Assembly (NCBI GenBank): GCA_963834315.1
Contig: CAWIAY010000002.1
Span: forward strand, 4,730 to 68,729
Source: an uncultured Actinomycetota bacterium
GTDB lineage: Bacteria; Actinomycetota; Actinomycetes; Propionibacteriales; Nocardioidaceae
Length of the DNA stretch: 64,000 nt
Direction of reading: 5' to 3'
Each line of letters begins with the position of its first letter. Positions within the stretch are counted from its first letter, which is position 1. Made by a program: the position numbers and the translations under genes. Positions 59,614 through 64,000 of the stretch are shown in pieces. Below the pieces are notes generated by a model. That model made no database searches. It was not told where the DNA came from and saw only the letters and a program-made list of their open reading frames with translations.

Positions 59614-61164
59614 TCAGCGGTTCACGTCGGCGAGGCGGGTGTCCTGCCAGACCCGCACCCAGTCCACGTCCATGGAGCCGGTGCCGGCCTCGGGCATCCG
59701 CTTGAGCTCCCAGTCGGAGGTGAGCAGGCTCAAGATCACGAAGACCTTGCGGTCCGCCACCCCCTGGTCGGTCCGCAGCGTCTCCACGCCGTCGATCCGG
59801 AAGACGTACTCCTCAGGGGTCCACTCGACGCTGAAGACGTGGTAGCGGCTCCACCAGCTGTCCCGCGGGCCCTGCAGTGCCCGGTCGGCGTCGGGCTGGG
59901 TACCGCCGACCTCCTCGCCCTCGCTGGGGTAGATGAAGGAGGCGATCCCACCGTTGTTGAAGCCCTTGCCGAAGAACTCGACCGTGTCGATCTCGGCACC
60001 GATGGTTCCCTCGGGCTCGTTGCTGTCCTGCAGCCAGAACGCGCCGTGCATGCCCTGGGGCTGCTGGAACTTCACCCGGGCGGCGGCGACCCCGTAGCGG
60101 AAGGAGTAGGCACCCTCGGTGCCGATGTGGGCGTTGAGGAAGTAGTCGGAGGTGCCACTGGCCCCGGTGGACGGGTTCTCCCACGAGCAGGTGCCCGGCT
60201 CGTACGCCGCGTCGCGGGCCGCGGACAGGGTCGCCACACCGTCCGCCGAGACCACCATGCTCGGGTCCGCCTTGGCGCAGGTGCGGCTCGAGGTCGGGGA
60301 GTGCTCGGTCTGGCGAGTGGACCAGACAGTGGGGTCGACCCCGGCGGAGAAGCCGTCGTCGAAGTCGAGGTTCCACCGGTTGGAGGCCTGCGGCTTGGAC
60401 GCCATCGTGTCGGCGCCGTCGTGGGCGGCGGCGACCACGCGGAACTGGTAGGGGGTGCCGGCGTCCTGCTCGAGCCGGAAGCGCACCTTCCCCTCCGCTC
60501 CCTGCGTCGCCGTGGCGACGGTGTCCCAGGACCCGCCGGGAGCCCGACGTTCGACGAGCACCTCGCGGCCCTTGCGAGCGGGCGCGAAGCCCGCCTCGGC
60601 GACGAGGTCGGCCTCGCCCGGCTCGGCCGCCGCCGGTCCCGCCTGGTCGATCCCCGGCAGCACGGTGAAGGACTCGACCTCCTGCGGGACGACGCGCACC
60701 AGGGGGAGGGCAGTGGTGACCGCGGGGTGGCTCTGTCCCAGGTCGCGGATCTGGGGAAGCACGACGCGGTAGCGGCGGTCGCGCTTGATGGTCAGGTCGG
60801 TGAACCCGAACCCGCCCTTGGCGCCGGTCTGGGAAGACTCGACGCGCGACCAACCCTTGCCGCTCGAAGCCTCCAGGAAGACCGGTCTCTCGATCGCGCT
60901 CGACGTGGTGCCCGCGATCGAGAAGCGCTCGCCGGCCATGACGCCACCCGCCGGCCCCTTGATCGAGGCGGACACCTCGGCCACCTCGGCGGTGACCATC
61001 GATCGACCGAAGACGAAGATCGCGGCGCCCAGCAACAGCACGACCACCCCGACCGCCAGTCCGCGCATGACCTGCTGACGAGCCGCCGGCTCGTCTCGTC
61101 GCACGCGTCGCCCACCCCGGGCGCTGGGCCGTGGGGAGTGCTCGCGGTCCGTCGTCTGGGTCAT
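59614..61164 (-). CDS. Membrane-anchored glycoside hydrolase family 16 protein (acidic)
   Basis: N-terminal TM, two Ig-like domains, FRYGVAAARVKF, AFWL, EIDTVEFFG, YHVFSVEWTP, VDWVRVWQ. Confidence 0.85.
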   Translation of the reverse strand: MTQTTDREHSPRPSARGGRRVRRDEPAARQQVMRGLAVGVVVLLLGAAIFVFGRSMVTAEVAEVSASIKGPAGGVMAGERFSIAGTTSSAIERPVFLEASSGKGWSRVESSQTGAKGGFGFTDLTIKRDRRYRVVLPQIRDLGQSHPAVTTALPLVRVVPQEVESFTVLPGIDQAGPAAAEPGEADLVAEAGFAPARKGREVLVERRAPGGSWDTVATATQGAEGKVRFRLEQDAGTPYQFRVVAAAHDGADTMASKPQASNRWNLDFDDGFSAGVDPTVWSTRQTEHSPTSSRTCAKADPSMVVSADGVATLSAARDAAYEPGTCSWENPSTGASGTSDYFLNAHIGTEGAYSFRYGVAAARVKFQQPQGMHGAFWLQDSNEPEGTIGAEIDTVEFFGKGFNNGGIASFIYPSEGEEVGGTQPDADRALQGPRDSWWSRYHVFSVEWTPEEYVFRIDGVETLRTDQGVADRKVFVILSLLTSDWELKRMPEAGTGSMDVDWVRVWQDTRLADVNR

Positions 61165-61232
61165 AAGTCCGCCCATCCTAACGGCAGGGGCCGCGAGTGA
61201 CCCGCTGGGCGGCGCGCCGCCGGACGGGACGG

Positions 61233-61844
61233 CTAGCGAGTGCCCCGGATGAGGCTCATCGCCTCCTGCCGCGTGGCGGCGTTGTGCATGCTGCCGCGGA
61301 TCGCGGAGGTGATCGTCTTCGCGCCGGGCTTCTTCACTCCCCGCATCGTCATGCACAGGTGCTCGGCCTCGATGACGACGAGCGCACCCCGCGCCTGAAG
61401 GATCTCCATCAGGGCGTCGGCGACCTGGGTGGTGAGGCGTTCTTGCACCTGTGGCCGCTTGGCGTAGACGTCCACGAGCCGGGCGAGCTTCGACAACCCG
61501 GTGATCCGACCGTCCTCGTTGGGGATGTAGCCGATGTGAGCGACGCCGGTGAAGGGCACCAGGTGGTGCTCGCACATCGACCAGAGCTCGATGTCGCGCA
61601 CCAGGATCAGCTCGTCGTGCCCGATGTCGAACGTCGTGGTGAGCACGTCCTCCGCGACCAGGCGCATCCCCGCCAGCATCTCCTGGTAGCTGCGGGCGAC
61701 CCGCGCCGGAGTGGCGCGCAGACCCTCACGATCGGGGTCCTCGCCGACAGCGAGGAGCAGCTCGCGAACAGCCGCCTCGGCGCGGGCATGGTCGAAGTCA
61801 GGGATCTGCTCGCGCTTCTCCTGGCTGATCCGGTCAATCGACAT
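61233..61844 (-). CDS. folE: GTP cyclohydrolase I
   Basis: [52 protein letters not shown]. Confidence 0.96.
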   Translation of the reverse strand: MSIDRISQEKREQIPDFDHARAEAAVRELLLAVGEDPDREGLRATPARVARSYQEMLAGMRLVAEDVLTTTFDIGHDELILVRDIELWSMCEHHLVPFTGVAHIGYIPNEDGRITGLSKLARLVDVYAKRPQVQERLTTQVADALMEILQARGALVVIEAEHLCMTMRGVKKPGAKTITSAIRGSMHNAATRQEAMSLIRGTR

Positions 61845-63858
61845 CGGAGCTGACACCCGGGTCACCGTGGACGTCGCCGCCGCTTCCGGGCGGCGTGAGG
61901 ATCACGCCTCCCTGCGACGGCTCGGCCGCGCTGCCGTTGGCCGCGGCGCGCGCCTTGACCGCATCGGGCACGTCGACCGGAGGGATCGAGGAGGGGGAAC
62001 GGGTCGGCGAGCCGGTCCACGGCGGGCGCACCGGGCGACGGCGCAGCGGCTCGAAGACCGCCGCGATCTCAGCCTTGTCGAGGGTCTCCCTCTCCAACAG
62101 CTCGATCACGAGCGCATCGAGCACGTCGCGGTTCTCCTCGAGGATGTCGAAGGCCTCCTGGTGGGCCACCCCGAGGAGGGTCTTGGTCTCGGCGTCGACC
62201 ATGGCGGCGACGTCCTCGGAGTAGTTGCGCGCGTGGCCCATGTCGCGTCCCAGGAACGGCTCACCTTGAGGCTCACCGAGCTTGATCGCGCCGAGCTTCT
62301 CGGTCATGCCGTACTGGGTGACCATCGCGCGGGCCAGCGAGGTCGCCTTGTCGATGTCGTTGCCGGCGCCGGTGGTCGGGTCGTGGAAGACCATCTCCTC
62401 GGCCGCGCGCCCGCCGAGCATGTAGGCGAGCTTGTCGAGCAGCTCCGAGCGGGTCTGGGAGTACTTGTCCTCGTCGGGCAGCACCATCGTGTAGCCCAGC
62501 GCCCGGCCGCGCGGCAGGATCGTCACCTTGTGCACCGGATCGGTGCCAGGCAGCGCCGCCGCAACGAGAGCATGGCCACCCTCGTGGTAGGCGGTGATGA
62601 GCTTCTCCTTCTCGCTCATCAACCGGCTGCTGCGCTGCGGACCTGCGATGACCCGGTCGATCGCCTCGTCGAGCGCCTCGTTGTCGACGAGCTTGCGATT
62701 CTCACGGGCGGTCAGCAGAGCAGCCTCGTTGAGCACGTTGGCCAGGTCGGCGCCGGTGAACCCGGGCGTACGGCGGGCGACGGACAGCAGGTCGACACCC
62801 GGCCCCATCGGCTTGCCACGCGAGTGCACCTGGAGGATCTTGTGGCGGCCGGCCAGGTCGGGCGCGTCCACGCCGATCTGCCGGTCGAAGCGGCCCGGGC
62901 GCAGCAGCGCCGGGTCGAGGATGTCGGGCCGGTTGGTGGCCGCGATCAAGATGACGCCGCCCCGCACGTCGAAGCCGTCCATCTCGACCAGCAGCTGGTT
63001 GAGAGTCTGCTCCCGCTCGTCGTGGCCGCCGCCCATGCCGGCACCGCGGTGACGGCCGACGGCGTCGATCTCGTCGATGAAGACGATCGCCGGCGCGTTC
63101 TCCTTGGCCTGCTCGAAGAGGTCACGCACCCGGGAGGCACCCACGCCGACGAACATCTCGACGAAGTCGGAGCCGGAGATCGAGTAGAACGGCACCCCGG
63201 CCTCGCCCGCGACCGCGCGCGCCAGGAGGGTCTTGCCGGTCCCGGGCGGACCGTAGAGGAGCACGCCCTTGGGGATCTTGGCGCCGACGGCCTGGAACTT
63301 GGCCGGCTCCTGGAGGAACTCCTTGATCTCGCCGAGCTCCTCGATCGCCTCCTGGCAGCCGGCCACGTCGGCGAAGGTGGTCTTGGGCATGTCCTTGGAG
63401 ATCAGCTTGGCCTTGGACTTGCCGAACTGCATGACGCGGCCACCGCCGCCCTGCACCTGGTTCATCAGGAACAAGAACAGCAAGATGATCAGCACGAACG
63501 GCAGGAACGTCGCCAGGATCGACCCGAGCAGGCTGGGCTGGGGGTTCTCGGAGTTGGACTTCTCGATCGTCCCGCCCTCGACAGCCTTCTGGGCCAGCGC
63601 GAGGATGCTCTGCTGCTGCCCGGCGACCCAGGTCGCGGTGATCTTGCTGCCGTCGTCGAGCTCGGCGTTGATCTCCTGGTCGCCGTCGACGAAGGTGATC
63701 TCCTTGACGGAGCCGTCCTTGATGTGACCCACCATCTCGGAGGTCTCGACCTGCTCGTAGCCACCGTTGGGCGCGAGGAACTGCAGCGCGACGAGCACGC
63801 CCACCACCGCGATGACGATCCACAGCCACGGGCCGCGGAAGATGCGCTTGAAGTCCAT
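61834..63858 (-). CDS. ftsH: ATP-dependent zinc metalloprotease FtsH
   Basis: Two TMs, [43 protein letters not shown] zinc motif, GGRAAEE. Confidence 0.98.
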   Translation of the reverse strand: MDFKRIFRGPWLWIVIAVVGVLVALQFLAPNGGYEQVETSEMVGHIKDGSVKEITFVDGDQEINAELDDGSKITATWVAGQQQSILALAQKAVEGGTIEKSNSENPQPSLLGSILATFLPFVLIILLFLFLMNQVQGGGGRVMQFGKSKAKLISKDMPKTTFADVAGCQEAIEELGEIKEFLQEPAKFQAVGAKIPKGVLLYGPPGTGKTLLARAVAGEAGVPFYSISGSDFVEMFVGVGASRVRDLFEQAKENAPAIVFIDEIDAVGRHRGAGMGGGHDEREQTLNQLLVEMDGFDVRGGVILIAATNRPDILDPALLRPGRFDRQIGVDAPDLAGRHKILQVHSRGKPMGPGVDLLSVARRTPGFTGADLANVLNEAALLTARENRKLVDNEALDEAIDRVIAGPQRSSRLMSEKEKLITAYHEGGHALVAAALPGTDPVHKVTILPRGRALGYTMVLPDEDKYSQTRSELLDKLAYMLGGRAAEEMVFHDPTTGAGNDIDKATSLARAMVTQYGMTEKLGAIKLGEPQGEPFLGRDMGHARNYSEDVAAMVDAETKTLLGVAHQEAFDILEENRDVLDALVIELLERETLDKAEIAAVFEPLRRRPVRPPWTGSPTRSPSSIPPVDVPDAVKARAAANGSAAEPSQGGVILTPPGSGGDVHGDPGVSSDVD

Positions 63859-64000
63859 GATCCGGGGCTCGCGCCCCGCCCTCCTGCCAGTTCAACCACT
63901 TCGAGACACCGACGGTACATGCGCGCCGGAATGGCGCCGCTGCCGGAAACCAACATTCTCCCACCCCTGACCGGACACCGCGCCGCGAGGGCGGGCGGAA

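Noticed and set aside
61208-61221. Perfect palindrome GGCGGCGCGCCGCC
   Set aside because: It is all G/C and expected by chance at this GC content; no loop or U-tract supports a terminator.

Overview
High-GC actinobacterial chromosome segment, most consistent with a Nocardioides-like organism (inferred from gene order and REP-like repeats, not verified). The backbone is the conserved minus-strand block ftsH-folE-folP-folB-folK-DUF3180 ... panG-like-panC-panD-nadB-nadC-coaX-lysS-lsr2-clpC. It also carries a YdbS/YdbT pair, an orphan nuoD, a MidA/NDUFAF7-type methyltransferase and an osmoprotectant ABC transporter. At least six accessory blocks interrupt this backbone, five of them for cell-surface glycopolymer synthesis: five TagF-like CDP-glycerol glycerophosphotransferase fusion proteins, GT2/GT4 enzymes, rmlA, ugd, a gtrB-gtrC-gtrA cassette, two further GT-C-like membrane proteins, two sulfotransferase-like proteins and two SAM methyltransferases. 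The sixth block is a tandem GH16 pair. The most striking signal is two independent tandem pairs of two-activity polymerases (RgpF-like+TagF at 4.7-9.8 kb; GT2+TagF at 43.4-50.1 kb) with reciprocal active-site loss. In both, the upstream copy keeps the TagF motifs and has a degenerate glycosyltransferase domain, and the downstream copy is the reverse, suggesting trans-complementing heteromeric polymerases. Other notable points: an unnamed FDxxWY/HF repeat shared by four proteins, a G8 tract one base away from fusing a polymerase pair, an apparent indel-driven GT2-GT2 fusion, a frameshifted panG-like gene, and leaderless promoters on core genes directly after insertions. No rRNA, tRNA, CRISPR array, integrase or transposase was recognised. 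All assignments come from reading motifs by eye; no searches were run.
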